Notes: a model not told the origin generated them from the sequence alone. Positions 1 to 13,937 are shown, numbered from the stretch's first letter. The stretch is DNA of 53,669 nt from Nemertoderma westbladi (GCA_032718475.1 JAUCBJ010007683.1:1-53669); one strand, 5' to 3'. Numbers and translations are program-made.

Positions 1-142
1 CAAACAACATGATAAATATAGTTATTAATATGTTTGTAAGGTATTATTGTAATTGTAAGGTATTCTGTAGTTAGTAGGCCTATTATATTAATATAATACC
101 GGTATATAGCATAGCGGTATGGGTATATATGTATTATATTAA

Positions 143-1073
143 GAGCTCGTTCACATATTATATAACGCACGTTAGGTGGGTGGGTGGTTTGGTTAATGTT
201 ATTATGCGTTATAAGGGTGGGGTGGTAGATTGGTCACAGTGTTATATAACGAAACGTTCAGTAGGGCCTATTGTAATTTGTTGTGAAACACATTTTTGTA
301 CATTTTATTCTATTCTGTATAGATAGATAACTTAGTGTAAGAACAGCCATAGTCGATTTACACGTTTTTAATTTACAACTCATGCAAAAGTGTTGATTTT
401 AGTGCCAATTTTAACTTTGAATGTAGGAAAATGGTAAATTTTTAGTCCGAGTGGCACTCTCGAGAATATATATTTTGCTTTCATGGGAACGAAAAGAGCG
501 GACACGGTAAAATGGATAAAAAACCCAAGTAAAGTAAAAGTTTTACTTTTAAAGTTTCAAATTTTACAAATTTGCATATTTGACAGGAGAGAGTGATAAA
601 TTCTGGTTATATTATTCCAAAATTATGAAAAAATATCGAAGCGATTTAGACAAAAATAGCAGCAATTTTTGGAAAACGATCAGACCATTGACATATTTTC
701 TTGTACCGGTATGTAAGCTCGGTACCCATAACATAGTAGTACCGTAAGCTCCTTGCTTCTTGGCAAGGAACATGCGAGTCCATTCCCATTAAATTAGGAG
801 ACCCACAGGTTGTTCAGCTTGGTCTAATTTCTTCTAGGATAAGGCCCCTTTTGATTTGACCTATAGCTACCGTCCAGCGTCTAATAATGAAAGTGAATTA
901 ATATTTGAACCAATGTTAAACATTTGGTTGGTTGATCCCTATCAGCCTATGGTGTTATATAACGCTGGCACGCTGGGGTGGGTGGTTTGGGTTCTTGTTA
1001 TAATGTCGTTATTAGGGTAGAGTGGTGGTCAAAACTTCCCATGGTTTGCGTTATATAATATGTGAACGAGCCC
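143..1073. mobile_element. PIF/Harbinger-like non-autonomous DNA transposon (MITE)
   Basis: 27-bp terminal inverted repeats GAGCTCGTTCACATATTATATAACGCA (143-169) and TGCGTTATATAATATGTGAACGAGCCC (1047-1073), 1 mismatch; TAA on both sides (140-142, 1074-1076), the Harbinger-type TSD. Confidence 0.75.
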
Positions 1074-2093
1074 TAATCTCGATGCATCTTGCATACCGGT
1101 ATATACAATATACATTTGATATTTTATTATATAATATAGTAGGCATACTGTATTAGGTACCTCGGTGTCGGTAGGCATATATGTTTTTTTAAGAAAAAAA
1201 TATTAATTGAAAAATTACAAATGGCAGAATGGGGGGGGGGGGGGGGGGGGGGGGTGGATTGTATAGACAGGCCTAATGCTTCTCACAGGCTGACTGGGCA
1301 GCACTGCAGCAGGGCGCCGCAAACCTACATACACCACTGACAATTCATGATCCCAATATAAGCGTGTCGTGGCGTGGTAGATGGAGTTTGGCTGTTTGGG
1401 GGAGGGGGGGGGGGGGGGGGGGGTGAAATATTATTTGATTCTGATTCATATTACAGTACCGGTATTCTGGTCTGGCTGTCTGGTACGGTATTAGTACGGT
1501 AATTATAGCCTAGTCACTCACCGTATCAGATGAATCGAAGTATATATAACTTGTCATAACCTCCGGAATGGATTGGATACATAAAACAGTGAAATTTGTT
1601 CCAAACGAAGTTGTAATGTAGGAGCAGGTTGATTGCGAATCCTTTCACCAAGAACATAAATTAAACTGCACATTAGGTAGTAGATAGATGTCGGTAGCAA
1701 AGTAACAAGAAAACAGTATTCAGAGATATAGGCCTCTTATATATATCCCTTATATCGTTATATACAAATAAACATATAATATTAACCGTGTATAACACTA
1801 TAACAATATATTGCTTTGCTACAGCAAATGCTAAATATCAGACCTATAACTGTCAAGCTGTGTTAAAGAAAAGGAAGGCTATTTTGAGAAACCAAGCAGC
1901 AGGCCTACTATGTACCGGTAGCCACATTTAAAAGTAGCCTGCTATGCCTAAGTTTGTCAGTTTGTACAGTCAGACAGTTAAATTTTTTCTCGGCTCTATC
2001 GTAAATCCGTACACTTGATAAAAACCGTTCCCCCCTCGCCAAATCTTGTGGGAACGCACCAAAAAATTTAACAGTCATTTTTCAACCTATCAG

Positions 2094-2647
2094 CCTTGAA
2101 TAGGCTTTCCAGGATTTGGAAGTCACCGAGAATTAATCGGACACTTAAGGTCCGATTATTTAGAGCAGCAGTAGTTCCAGTACTCCTCTATGGGAGTCCA
2201 TGCTGGGCTCCAACTGCTGAGGACACCAAATCTCTGGATGGCACATTCACAAGAATGCTACGCCGGGTTCATTGCACAATGCGAGTACAATGCACACATC
2301 TCCAACCAGACACTATATAACATTGGAGGTGTCTCATTGGTTCCCCCAAGCTTGACACTAGAACAAAATCGCCTCCGCTTTGCAGGACATTGCTTTCGCC
2401 GTGAGGACCAGCCAGTGCATAATCTTGTACTTTGGCAGCCTCATGGAGTGAATAAGCATGGTGGACAGCCCATGACTTTCTTGAGACGCATCTTAAAGGA
2501 CACTGGCCTTGAAGATGCGGATGATCTAGCAAATGTCATGCAGTCATGCACTCATGGGTGATAGGGAGTTGTGGCGGTGCAATTTTGTCGATAAGCCGGC
2601 ACAGCATTCTTAAAAATGCAGCTGCAATGCAGCATGCCGATCCTAGT
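2094..2647 (+). pseudogene. 5'-truncated RTE-clade LINE fragment (C-terminus of ORF2 and short 3' UTR)
   Basis: Frameshifted translation ...KVRLFRAAVVPVLLYGS...RLRFAGHCFRREDQPVHNLVLWQP; nearly identical to the copy at 9232-11522; ends GCCGATCCTAGTA; possible AACCTAT TSD. Confidence 0.85.
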
Positions 2648-4520
2648 AACCTATAGTGACCAACTTAAAACAAAAAATTACAATATGTCATATTTTTCCG
2701 CTTCGCGCAGCACGAAACAAATTCATTGATTTTTGCTTTTTTTTCTGAATTGTACTTTTTTTCAAACGTCTACCGGTAATGCAAAGTATTTTACTCAATT
2801 TTCCTCCAACTAGAGAAAGGTATAGCAGTATAGCTGTATAGGCAGATACGCTTAGACACCCTGACCTGTTGTTTTAATCATTAATGGTTAAATATCATTT
2901 ATTGTTTTGGTTAGAAAAGCCTGCCCCCTGGCCTCTGTAACATTTTCGGTTCCTTTCCATCTATTGTTAACCATATCAGAATATCGTTTATTGTTTTGAT
3001 TAGAAAAGGCTGCCTCGCCTCTGTAACCTACCAGCCAGCTCCTTTCCCTCAATTGGTAGGCCTAACAATATATTGTTAATATTATATAAAAAAAAATGCT
3101 TCCACCGATCAGCCGATGCTGAGAATCACGAAATTACCGGTATAGCTGTATACAGGTATAGGGCCTATGTAAAAATAAATATAAAACAGTTTTGAACATC
3201 GTATAGCAGTATAGCAGCAGTCAGTAGGCGAGTAGGCCTATACTGCTACTGTTTGACTGTGCTATAGGCCTATCACATTCGGTACCTGGAAAAAATGCCA
3301 AAATGCTAAAGTGCCTTTTGGGAACTACTGAACTATTCGTGTGACTTAGCCACACGTCACAAATTGACAGTAAATGAAAGTGGTGAAGTAGGCCTAAGTA
3401 GACTATAAGTGCAGAAGTGATCTGGTGATACCTGGATACCAGGATACGGTAGCGGGTAGCCTACCTCTGTACAGCTGTACCTTTCAGCCTTTTGAACACG
3501 GTACTGCCAGACAGCTGGACTGCAGTAGTCAGGTAGGCCTACTGAGGTAGTGCAGTAGTGAGCTGTAAGACAAACTGTCAAAGACAGCACAAAGACAGAA
3601 AGATACGGCACCTACCAGCCTACTGCTGTAGGCCTACTGAACATGTGCATGCATCCGTTTACACAGTCTACAGTACACAAGCATAATGCAATGGTGAAAT
3701 ATTACTGCGTGGAACAACATGAAATGCCTGACTCTGACTCCTTCCTTCCATATACTGATATAACCAACATGGTGTTGCTGATAGGTCCAGGATATTATAG
3801 GCTACTGATATAGGTGATACGTCCAGGTCCTCCTACTCCTGTTGCCTTTGCCTCTACTCTACATATTTGTACCTACATATTTGTACATGATTAGTATGTG
3901 GTTAAATTCCGCATACTACTTTTTGACATTAATTTTATACGGTAAAAGTGTATGTACAGCACTTAGGTATTTGGTACCATATGTCTAATATTTTTATTTC
4001 TGTGTATGTGTATTTCTGTGTATTCCATGCGATTTTCTGTCTCTGACAATAAATAACTTCAACTTTACTTCTACTATGGCAGTATGGTATACAACGAACA
4101 GACTACAGTGGCAGTCAGTGTGAAGGAGGATGGGGGGGGGGGGGGGGGGGTGGATTTTCAACAGTCAACACGGGTTTTGTTGAAAAATTATCAAGTACAG
4201 TCAAGGACAACTCTAATTTTAGGATCGCATCCTGTGTGCGATGTGCCAATTTTAGGGAAGATTTACATATGGTGGGGCACTGAACTGACCGCAATTAAGA
4301 AATGTGTTCTCCAGCGCAAATTGGTCGCATATAAAATAATTATTATTGTTTAGGTTAGAAAACACCTACTGTACACTGTAACCGGCTCCGTTTCCTTAAT
4401 GTTTTATTAAATCAAATTAATTTAAGTTTTTAAACCAACTAGATATATATATATATATTGGTGTTTGCGGTTATGTTGTCCAATTAACTATAACTATTTA
4501 CATCGTTGTGTGTAAAGTAG

Positions 4521-5447
4521 CACTTTGCAGCGTTATTACCCTAGTTTATTTATGTACCGAGCGAGCGCAGGGGATTATCCTGTTTGGGGGCCTCCAAAAC
4601 CAGGCAGGTTAGTAAAGGAGCAGGTTACAGAGGCGAGTTGAAAGGAACCAAAACAATAAACGTGAGGAATGTTGTAGAATAGAAAACCAAATTTAAAACC
4701 AAATTTAATTGAGAATCAACAGTCAGATGTATAGACCTACCGGAACTCTGAATAGACTGGAGGCCCCCAAACAGGATAGAGCCGACCGCAGCGAGATAGG
4801 CTTACATAAATAAACAAGGGTCTTTATCGCTGAAAAGTGGCCTTTGCAAGCAATGATATGTATGTAATTTTGTTACATTATGTCAACTTAACAGGGTTCG
4901 GTATGCGAAGAAAAGATTTTATGGATACTCATTTATACATTTTAATCATGTACTATATCGAATATAAGTGAAATTTATTAACAGATACACAGTATTAATT
5001 ATACATTTAAATATAATTAAAGTTTATTGGAAGTTATCTCCTGCATAGATGTGATAAATCATTAATCCATCTTGACTATAGTCGACTGAAGCAAACTTAG
5101 TCACCGTCTGTGTCAGTTCAGTTTTACTGAACACTGTCTTCACTTTCTTTCCTATTTTAGTGTCTTCTATTGGACGTTTCGCCATAATGGTATTCAATAC
5201 GCGTTAAACAATTATTATTTACATACAGTAGCTAGTCCTGTAGTCCCTTCACTGCAAACTGAATAATAAAGCAGCACTCATTAACATAAATGGAAATAAT
5301 AAATTATGGATTAGGGTAATTGAAGTTGTTTCCATGTCATTGATTACTTTGCAGCGTTCCGTCCTATAGGCCGCAACGCTGCAAAGTTGTACTTTGAAGC
5401 GTTACGAGTAATTCAACAGAACGCTGTTAAGTTGACATAATGTAACA
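4521..5447. repeat. Nested imperfect inverted repeats (foldback/MITE-like element)
   Basis: 4521-4596 is inverted against ~4758-4839 (ATCCTGTTTGGGGGCCTCCA / TGGAGGCCCCCAAACAGGAT); perfect 24-bp IR at 4871-4894 / 5424-5447; hairpin ACTTTGCAGCGTT...AACGCTGCAAAGT near 5346-5387. Confidence 0.6.
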
Positions 5448-6043
5448 TATTTCATATCTACAAGCAGTTTCTTCGTATTTATCTAATTCAAGTAAGAGGC
5501 TAGTCGCATTTTATGACGCCTTTGAGCGTGCGTGTGCATTCATTCATTTGAATGAACCCAAGCTAAAAATATGTATGTAGTTGCTACAGTAAATGGTTGT
5601 TTTGTTAAATATAATTTTAAAATTGTGAACTATGTAGTTTTGTTGGATTTTATTCAATTTTTTACAAAAGGTGTTTAATAACGAAAATAATGATGTTACT
5701 TAATTTTCGTTGAACATAACCTAAAACATAATAAAAGTTGTAATTTCTGCATTCATGGACTGGTCATGGTAAAGCCACGTATCGTCTGTTTAGGAAAAAT
5801 GGCATTCGATGAAAAATTGTTCAGGAAACACTAAAATCCTTATACAGTAAGTCTTTCTTTATTGGTTTAACCAAATTTAATATATTCGGTATCTGGTGAA
5901 AGCTATTTATCAGTTCTATCTCATAGTACTTGACATGCTGTGATCGATATACCTGATTGACTAGTTACTAAGGTATTGATTGAGTACGTGCGTTAAACTG
6001 GTACAGTAGGTTGCGGCCATTCGTGGCAATGGCACCATCCAAT

Positions 6044-6618
6044 GTCCTTTTTGCCTTTAGTAAATCAACAAATGCCATTTTGCCTTTGGTAAATCAACAA
6101 ATGCCCTTTTGCCTATAGAAAATCAACAAATGCCCTTTTGCCTTTAGTAAATCAACAAATGCCCGTTTACCTTTAGTAAATCAAGAAATGCCCTTTTGCC
6201 TTTAGTAAATCAACAAATGCCCTTTTGTATTTAGTAAATCATCAAATGCCCTTTTGCATTTAGTAAATCAACAAATGCCCTTTTGTATTTAGTAAATCAT
6301 CAAATGCCCTTTGCCTTTAGTAAATCAATATATGCCATTTTGCCTTTAGTAAATCAACAAATGCCCTTTTGTATTTAGTAAATCATCAAATGCCCTTTTG
6401 CATTTAGTAAATCAACAAATGCCCTTTTGTATTTAGTAAATCATCAAATGCCCTTTTGCATTTAGTAAATCAACAAATGCCCTTTTGTATTTAGTAAATC
6501 ATCAAATGCCCTTTGCCTTTAGTAAATCAACAAATGCCCTTTGCCTTTAGTAAATCAAAATATGCCATTTTGCCTTTAGTAAATCAACAAAAGCCCTTTT
6601 GCCTTTAGTAAATCAACA
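6044..6618 (+). repeat. 29-bp minisatellite, ~20 copies
   Basis: Unit approximately CTTTTGCCTTTAGTAAATCAACAAATGCC in tandem, with no spacers. Confidence 0.95.
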
Positions 6619-7327
6619 TTTTATACATACAAACGCCCTTTTACACCTAAAAATTGCGAAAAAAACTGTATTTTCGCACAACAAATCACATCAGGCTTTA
6701 AAATTTCCCCAGAAAGTGGAGGTCGTTGTCAGGAATCCGCATGCATAGAGGCCCTTTTACCAAATGCCCTTTTGGGCTGTTTTGGGATATGAACATGTAA
6801 GGTTATTGACCCCAAATGGATTTCTTTGTAAACTGATAGTAACTACTGTACAGTATATTTAAAGCGATGAAACATTACAGAAGATTAGTTTTTACTATAG
6901 TTTCCATGGTTACATGGCAACTGCTAATCCATTTTTGATGCGCACCCATTAAAAAGATATTGTGTCATATTGACAATATATTTGGAATGTTGCATGAATT
7001 TAGCACAAATTTAACGAATTTGTCAATGGTTTAGAAAACTATTGATATTTGTAAAAATTTAATGAAATTTGCAGTAGAAACGACATTTGAAGACATATTT
7101 CAAAGAGTTACCATCGTAACTAGATTCTAAAATCTGCCTCAACGGATTCTCTAATGTCGGTTTAGGGGGGGGGGGGGGGGGGGGGGTAGGTCGAGGTTAG
7201 AATTATGTAGGGTCAATATAAAATGGTGTTTTGCAAATGACCTCGTGTTGCCATAGCGAAACGGGACCCAACAATCCACAATTGAACTGGGCATTCGACG
7301 GATTCGGAATCACTCGATTTAGCTTAA

Positions 7328-8441
7328 CCCTTTCCCGACCATGGACTACATGGTAGTACATGCAGGGACTGTTCCATGGACTACATGGTAGTCCATGGGT
7401 TTTATACTGACATTTAGGCATTCCTATGACGTTGGAACACAAACTGGTGTGTTTTATAGGCAACTGGAGCAGTTAATAAGTAAAAAAAATATAATTTTAT
7501 AGTACTGTAGTAGGCCTACCAGACCAGTCTGCCCTAGCAACATAAATTTGAAAATGCGAAATTACGGCACTGCTACAGCAGTACAGCTCAATATAGTGCC
7601 TTACTGCATACTGCTGTACTGTCTTAGCTGCGCACTTGATGTAAAGTGTCAAGTTTGTACCGATACTAGCGGAATCCGCCAAGGAGCTGGCTACGAGATC
7701 GAGAATGAGGAGAGGATGATGATGACGACACCGACAATCAGACAATGACGGAATGAAGCATGCAGGGATAACGATAACAGCGAGGGAGAATGATGATTCC
7801 GAAATTGCTGGTTCCGATTCCGATAGAGAATCTGACAGTGATACTGGTACTGTTTGTTATAGATTTGTTATTTCCTATATCTATATATGAGACCTGGGAC
7901 TGGGGTGGCGTGATATTGCATATGCGGAAGAAAACTCTGATGACACTGCAGTCTGACGGTTGGTTGCAGTGATGTTATCGATACAACTGGAAGCCTACAA
8001 TCACCCATTGTTCATCACAAGAGAGTATAAACTGATCATTTTGGATAAAATTACATCTCGATATCGGTATACAACAATGTTGCGCTAGTTTATTTACAAT
8101 TATGTTGTCGGGTCTGCTGGGTAAATAACAAAACATTAAATAAAATCAGATTTGTATGTGTTCTATTTTACGGTATTCTGCTATTTTTTACGATAAACCA
8201 AGATTGTGCCCTGGCGGTTTTGGTAATTACCAAACTCACAAGCTGTGAATTGCTGTGAATTAATTTGTTATTAATTATAATATTAATGTTCACAATTCTA
8301 TGTTGATTCTAAAAAACTAAAAACTGGGTTCGTAGGACCACCACAACCGAAGTTATGCACAGCTAAATTACAATAATATTTTTTTCTAAAATGTTGGAGC
8401 ACTGGCGGGCACTAAATTTTAGATCCCTGGTCGGGAAAGGG
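7328..8441 (+). mobile_element. piggyBac-like internally deleted DNA transposon
   Basis: 14-bp TIRs CCCTTTCCCGACCA / TGGTCGGGAAAGGG; TTAA on the left, degenerate TAAC on the right; decayed acidic coding stretch (~7700-7850) and DKPRLCPGGFGNYQT (~8192-8236) resembling the piggyBac C-terminal Cys-rich tail. Confidence 0.65.
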
Positions 8442-8789
8442 TAACCCGTTGGATTCCAGCCATTACCTTCGCCATCACTATTTCGGCAAAAACGAACCTG
8501 ACTAATGTCATTTCTCGAGAAAGATTGCAAAATTTCGTAAGGTTTAAATTGTAGCCTACATTTTACGTGTTCTAGATCATGTTAGCTATCTGAATATAAA
8601 AACATTATTATAAAAACATTATTGCTTTTCGTGTACTAAAATTAGAACAAATTTTCTTTAAGGGTATAGTATAGTTGGTACTACTTCGCCCTGTCGACAC
8701 CCCCTGTTGTCATTTATTGTAGTTTGGTTCGGTATCGCTTTCCTTCACCAAATCTGTTTTTAATATGTGTTTTTACCGTTATTGTTATT

Positions 8790-11650
8790 TGTGCCACTAC
8801 ACTTTGTAAACATAAATCATTGTTACTATGACAACCATTGATAGTTCTAGAACACCATATATATGTTATTTAACTATTCAAGAACATAAATAAAATAAAA
8901 TGTAATGTTCTAGAACATATAGCTAGTAATTTTTGAAATTCAAAAGCTAGAATTTAAAAAAAATAAATTTTTTTTTATTAAATTTAATGTTATAAATGTT
9001 ATAATTTCAGGTAGCTAGTATTTTTTGTGGCAACTAATAAAAAATTAAAAAATTAATGTGAACAAAAAGTGAACAGAAACTTTAAAAATGTCAGTATTTA
9101 TATCGTTATTTATGTTGTTAATATTTTAAATTGTAATTATTGTAAAAATTGTTAAAAGTTGCAATCTGAATTTTTTAAAATTACTAGCTAATTTAAAATT
9201 AATAAATAACTAGCTACATGTTCTAGAACATTACTACTACTACTACTAGGATCGGCATCCTGCATTGCAGCTGCATTTTTAAGAATGCTGTGCCGGCTTG
9301 TCGACAAAATTGCGACGCCACAACTCCTTATCACCCATGACATTTGCTAGATCATCCGCATCTTCAAGGCCAGTGTCCTTTAAGATGCGTCTCAAGAAAG
9401 TCATGGGCTGTCCACCATGCTTATTCACTCCATGAGGCTGCCAAAGTACAAGATTATGCACTGGCTACTCCTCACGGCGAAAGCAATGTGCTGCAAAGCG
9501 GAGGCGATTTTGTTCTAGTGTCAAGCTTGGGGGAACCAATGAGACACCTCCAATGTTATATAGTGTCTGGTTGGAGATGTGTGCATTGTACTTGACACAA
9601 TGAACCCGGCGTAGCATTCTTGTGAATGTGCCATCCAGAGATTTGGTGTCCTCAGCAGTTAGAGCCCAGCATGGACTCCCGTAGAGGAGTACTGGAACTA
9701 CTGCTGCTCTAAATAATCGGACCTTAAGTTTCCGATTAATTCTCGGTGACTTCCAAATCCTGGAAAGCCTATTCAAGGCTGCCCATGCCTTTCCCTTACG
9801 TATTCGAAGGTCCTCACCTGACTTCCGGATCCATGATCCCAGGTAACAGAAGTCATCCACATACTCAAGCATACCATCTTTTGAGCTTATGCTCATCCGA
9901 TCAGAGACTTGCTGAGGACTTTCAAAGTTAACTGTGAAAATTTTGGTCTTTCTGGAGTTAATAAAAAGACCAACACTAGAAGCAGCATGTTCTAATGAGC
10001 TGAGAAGCCGTTGGGCTCCCTCCCTATAGTGACTCTGAGAGTACTCCTAAGTAATCAGCAAAGTCTAGATCATTTAGGTACTTGGCAGGATTTCCTCGAC
10101 TTCTGGAGCCAGTAGGTGGAGTTACCATCATCCCATCATCATTATGATCATCTAAGGACATACGTAGAACATAGTCAACCACAATTATGAACAAGAAAGG
10201 CGCAAGTGAGTCTCCTTGGAGGACTCCTCATAATACTTCAAATGGTTCTGTGTCACCGTCAACAGTAGACACAAATGTTGTCGAACCTTCGTATACTGAT
10301 CTGATTGCTGCAATATAATGAAAGTATGCTGAACATACGTGAGCGAGAGACTGAATCAAAGGCCTTGAGGAAATCAACAAAGATAACAGCCAGATGCCTG
10401 TCTTTCTTTTTTGATAACTCTTCAATTATCCTTCTAAGTGGGACTCTTTTTGTTCTGTACATGTCTACTATGATGAGATAGATGAGCTTTAAACACTCAG
10501 GTAATTTTAAAGACATCAGGAGGAACACCATCTACTCCACTGGCACGATTGGTCTTAATGCTCTTTGCAGCAGCCTTCACTTCTGCAAAGGAGATATCGC
10601 CAATGGGAATATCTGGGAGTACAGACTCAGACACATTTACTTCTATAAAGTTATCAGGCAATACCCTGTCATTATTGAGGAGATTTTCAAAGTGGGCCTT
10701 CCAACCATTGCGGCGATCGGCTGGTGATTCAGCCTTAACCTTGGTGGTTGGTTGGCTTTTCCGACCAGTAAGCAAGTTAATTGATTTCCATGCCTGGGAT
10801 GATTGCCTGCTGTCGTCAGCCTCATTGATGACACCAACCTGTTGGTTTATTAGCTCCTGTAGATTAACAGAGTACTGCCTGTTCAGGGACCTAGATGCAA
10901 CCTTAACTGCATTCTTGGCCGCTGTAGTCTGTTTGAGTCGGGACTCTTTCTGCGCCTTAAAGAGGTCATTTAGGCACTTCTGAATTTTGTGGTCAGTCCA
11001 GGGGCCCTGTTTCGAGGGTATACATGAACTGTTTCTGCAGCTGCTAACTTAACTGCTTCTGTGAAGGCAGTATAGCCCTCACAGTGATCTGCCGCCTCAG
11101 AGGCAAGAACCTCATACCTGTTGCTCAGCTGTAGTGTGAAGCTGGATCTTACACTTGGCTGTTGCAACAGAGAGAACCAGTCATGCCGCGGCAAGACAGA
11201 TTTCGTTGTTCTGCTAGCACGCAGACTAAGTCTTACCTTGGCTTAACAATAAGGCGGTGATCACTGGAGAAGGGTCGAAGTGTAAATGCATTGCAATCTT
11301 GTACAGAGCTCCTGTATTTCCTAGGAAACAAAATATGGTCTATCTGGGACTTGTGACCACTGGGTCCACTATGAGTCCATAGCTTTCCAGTTCGCTTCTT
11401 GAACTGGGTTACAGCCGAAAACAATCCATTTCCAGAGATAAAATCCTGAAGATGGACGGAATTTCGGTTAACACTATCGCTATAGAACCAGGGAAATGTA
11501 GGGAGGATGAGGGGATGTAATTCTACATGTTCTAGAACATAATATTTTATTTATGTTCTAGAATAGTTAAATAACATTTATATGGTGTTCTATAACTACT
11601 AATGTTGCCGTAGTAACAATGAATAATGTTTAAAAGTAAAGTGGCGTACG
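8790..11650. mobile_element. Foldback/MITE-like element with ~130-bp inverted arms, split by an RTE insertion
   Basis: ~8790-8918 is the imperfect reverse complement of ~11527-11650; repeated GTTCTAGAAC palindromes. Confidence 0.55.
9232..11522 (-). mobile_element. 5'-truncated, degenerate RTE-clade LINE (end of APE, RT, C-terminus)
   Basis: Minus-strand fragments WTHSGPSGHKSQIDHIL...SDHRL (APE end), RASGVDGVP, IFVDFLKAFDSV and FCYLGSWI; (TAG)n 3' tail; 18-bp TSD CTACATGTTCTAGAACAT at 9214-9231 and 11523-11540. Confidence 0.9.
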
Positions 11651-12840
11651 GAACCGTAGCCAAAATTTGTGTTTTACTTGAACCCTGAATTGAATTGAAG
11701 CCCCTGATCTAGCCTATTATTCGAAAGCAATAATGCATTTGTCTGTATAAACTAGGCCTAGTATAAAAATACAATAATTTCTAGAACCTCGCTAACGCTC
11801 GGGAAAAAAAATCATCGAGAATAGTGAAAATAAGTTATACTGTTTTCCCATGTAATAAATAATTATTCTGTATCACGTGTTTAATTAGGCTCCAGCTAGG
11901 ATCATTATACCTTACATGGAAGTATATAGTAAATGTTTTGGATGATTTGGATAGGTAATGATGATTTCCCAAAAGTGACCCCAGAATGTTTTTACTCACT
12001 ATTATTCCAATGGGAAAAGCCCCGGTTTCAAGTTATAAAGACGTCTACATCGTAACGATAATTATGTTTTGTAGAGTTAAATTAATTTAAAAAAATATTT
12101 CAATAAAAATCCATTGCATCCAGCATCATTCTTAAATTCCAGGTTGTATGATAATATATTTAAAACAACATTCCAAAATTACACGAGGTGTATTAATTTC
12201 ACCGTTCAGCCAAATGCATTCAATAAATAACATAATAAATACAATAAGTGAATATGTGGAAGGAATAAGTGGAAGGAACCGGTGAATAAGACACCGGTTC
12301 CGGTTATGTAAGGTTAAAGGTAATGGGAACATGTACCATTATTTCGTCATTCGCAAAGGTTAATTTATTACCACTAAAATACATGAAAGTAATTGGATGG
12401 ATTGTCTCTACCGCTCCTTGGGAAAATTTTTTAATTGCAAATTACACAAAATCATCAATGATGCAAGCTGGGCATCAGTGGGTTTATTGATCACAATAAA
12501 ATTTCCTATACCAAAATCACCCAAAACATTTACTATATACTCCCATCCAAGGTTTAGTGAAAAGAAAGGCATACTGCCGGACTATTAGGCCACACGATTG
12601 GCTAATAGCGAAGCAGCAGGCGTTGGGGGAATGCGTGGCGGGTGGGCTGCAGTGCAGTGGTAGCCAGTTGAAAAATAAAGTTTTTTTTCAATCATTTTGT
12701 GATTTTGAGTGTCGAAGGCATAATGCTAGGTGCTTCCCTGTAATAACTATTTACATAAGTAAAGATTGATTTCATTTTTAAAATTATTCCAGAATTAATT
12801 TCCTTTACCTGCTTGTATAGTGATAAATCATACCTTAAAT

Positions 12841-13372
12841 ATGGACCAAAAGTCCTTATTGACTGCTGGCAATAAAAATGAAACACACAGAAATGTTTCT
12901 AGAACCGAAGCACTAACAGATGACCTGACAGTTCTTATGGAGGACGGCGATTCAACGGACATTGAGTTCGTTCTCGGCCCAGATGGCGTTCGCATTTACG
13001 CCCACAAGGTAATCATATGGGCACGATGTCGGACATACCAGACAAAGTACGAGAAGGAATTATTCCACCCTTCACACAAACACCTAACAGTGAAACAACC
13101 GAGATACGATCCTGATATATTCAAGATTGTTCTAAAGTACATCTACACCGGTAGCATTACCATAGTGGACTCTATGGTATTCGAGTTGTTGGCCTTGGCG
13201 CAGGATTTGGGTTTAACACAGTTATCCGAGGAATGTACCACCCATCTATTGTTTATTATGAATACTGAAAACGTCTGTTATCTTTACAACATGTGTATGA
13301 TACTTTTAAATGCCGGGAACTTTGACCAAGAGTACCGAGATACAATGCTATGTAAACTGATTCAGTTTATAG
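12841..13372 (+). CDS. BTB/POZ-BACK-TLDc protein, coding exon 1 (BTB domain)
   Basis: STDIEFVLG...IYAHKVIIWARC...FKIVLKYIYTGSI is a typical BTB domain; phase-1 donor AG|GTAGGT after 13372; ATG at 12841 follows an acceptor-like CTTGTATAG. Confidence 0.88.
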
Positions 13373-13694
13373 GTAGGTTTGTCATAATATTATTATTTTT
13401 TGAGCTTCTTTTATTTAAAAATGATGATTGTTTGGACAACTGTGAACTTTAAGTCAAGTATTATGATTGTTTATTTAAGCATGATTGTCAAGCTTGAGTG
13501 TTATCTAAGCAGGGCCACGGATGAATTATTAAAACGGATGAAATTTGTTGTATTATTTTTCTATTTTCTAGAAAAGATAAATTTTCTAACATATCTTAGC
13601 TACTGTATTATGGAAAACAAAGTTTCTGTTCCAAAACAAAATTAATATTTTTAGATAAAGATCTATTACAGTACAACTACTGTATTACAAAATA

Positions 13695-13775
13695 TTAGGT
13701 AATATTTTCGGAATTAGTTCCGTTCTCTTACTACCCCAGTAAGAGAACGGAACTAATTCCGAAAATATTACCTAA
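13695..13775. repeat. Perfect 38-bp inverted repeat with 5-nt loop, in the intron
   Basis: TTAGGTAATATTTTCGGAATTAGTTCCGTTCTCTTACT-ACCCC-followed by its exact reverse complement. Confidence 0.95.
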
Positions 13776-13937
13776 AATTTCCTAAAACATTAGGAAATTT
13801 AGTGGCTTGGTTGTAGAAATGAAAGGATGACATTGTATCATTACAAAATTGTAAATGATATTTCTACATCTATGATGGCTTGAGTTTAGTATTAAATTAT
13901 TTGCTTTGTTTTTTTGTACAATACTGTATGTTTGCAG

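Noticed and set aside
1230-1422. Long poly-G tracts (also ~4132, 7165, 19594, 38293)
   Set aside because: Recurrent simple homopolymers with no specific context; their lengths are assembly-sensitive.
6044-6618. 29-bp repeats of CRISPR-like length
   Set aside because: Head-to-tail with no unique spacers, no cas genes, and a eukaryotic context.
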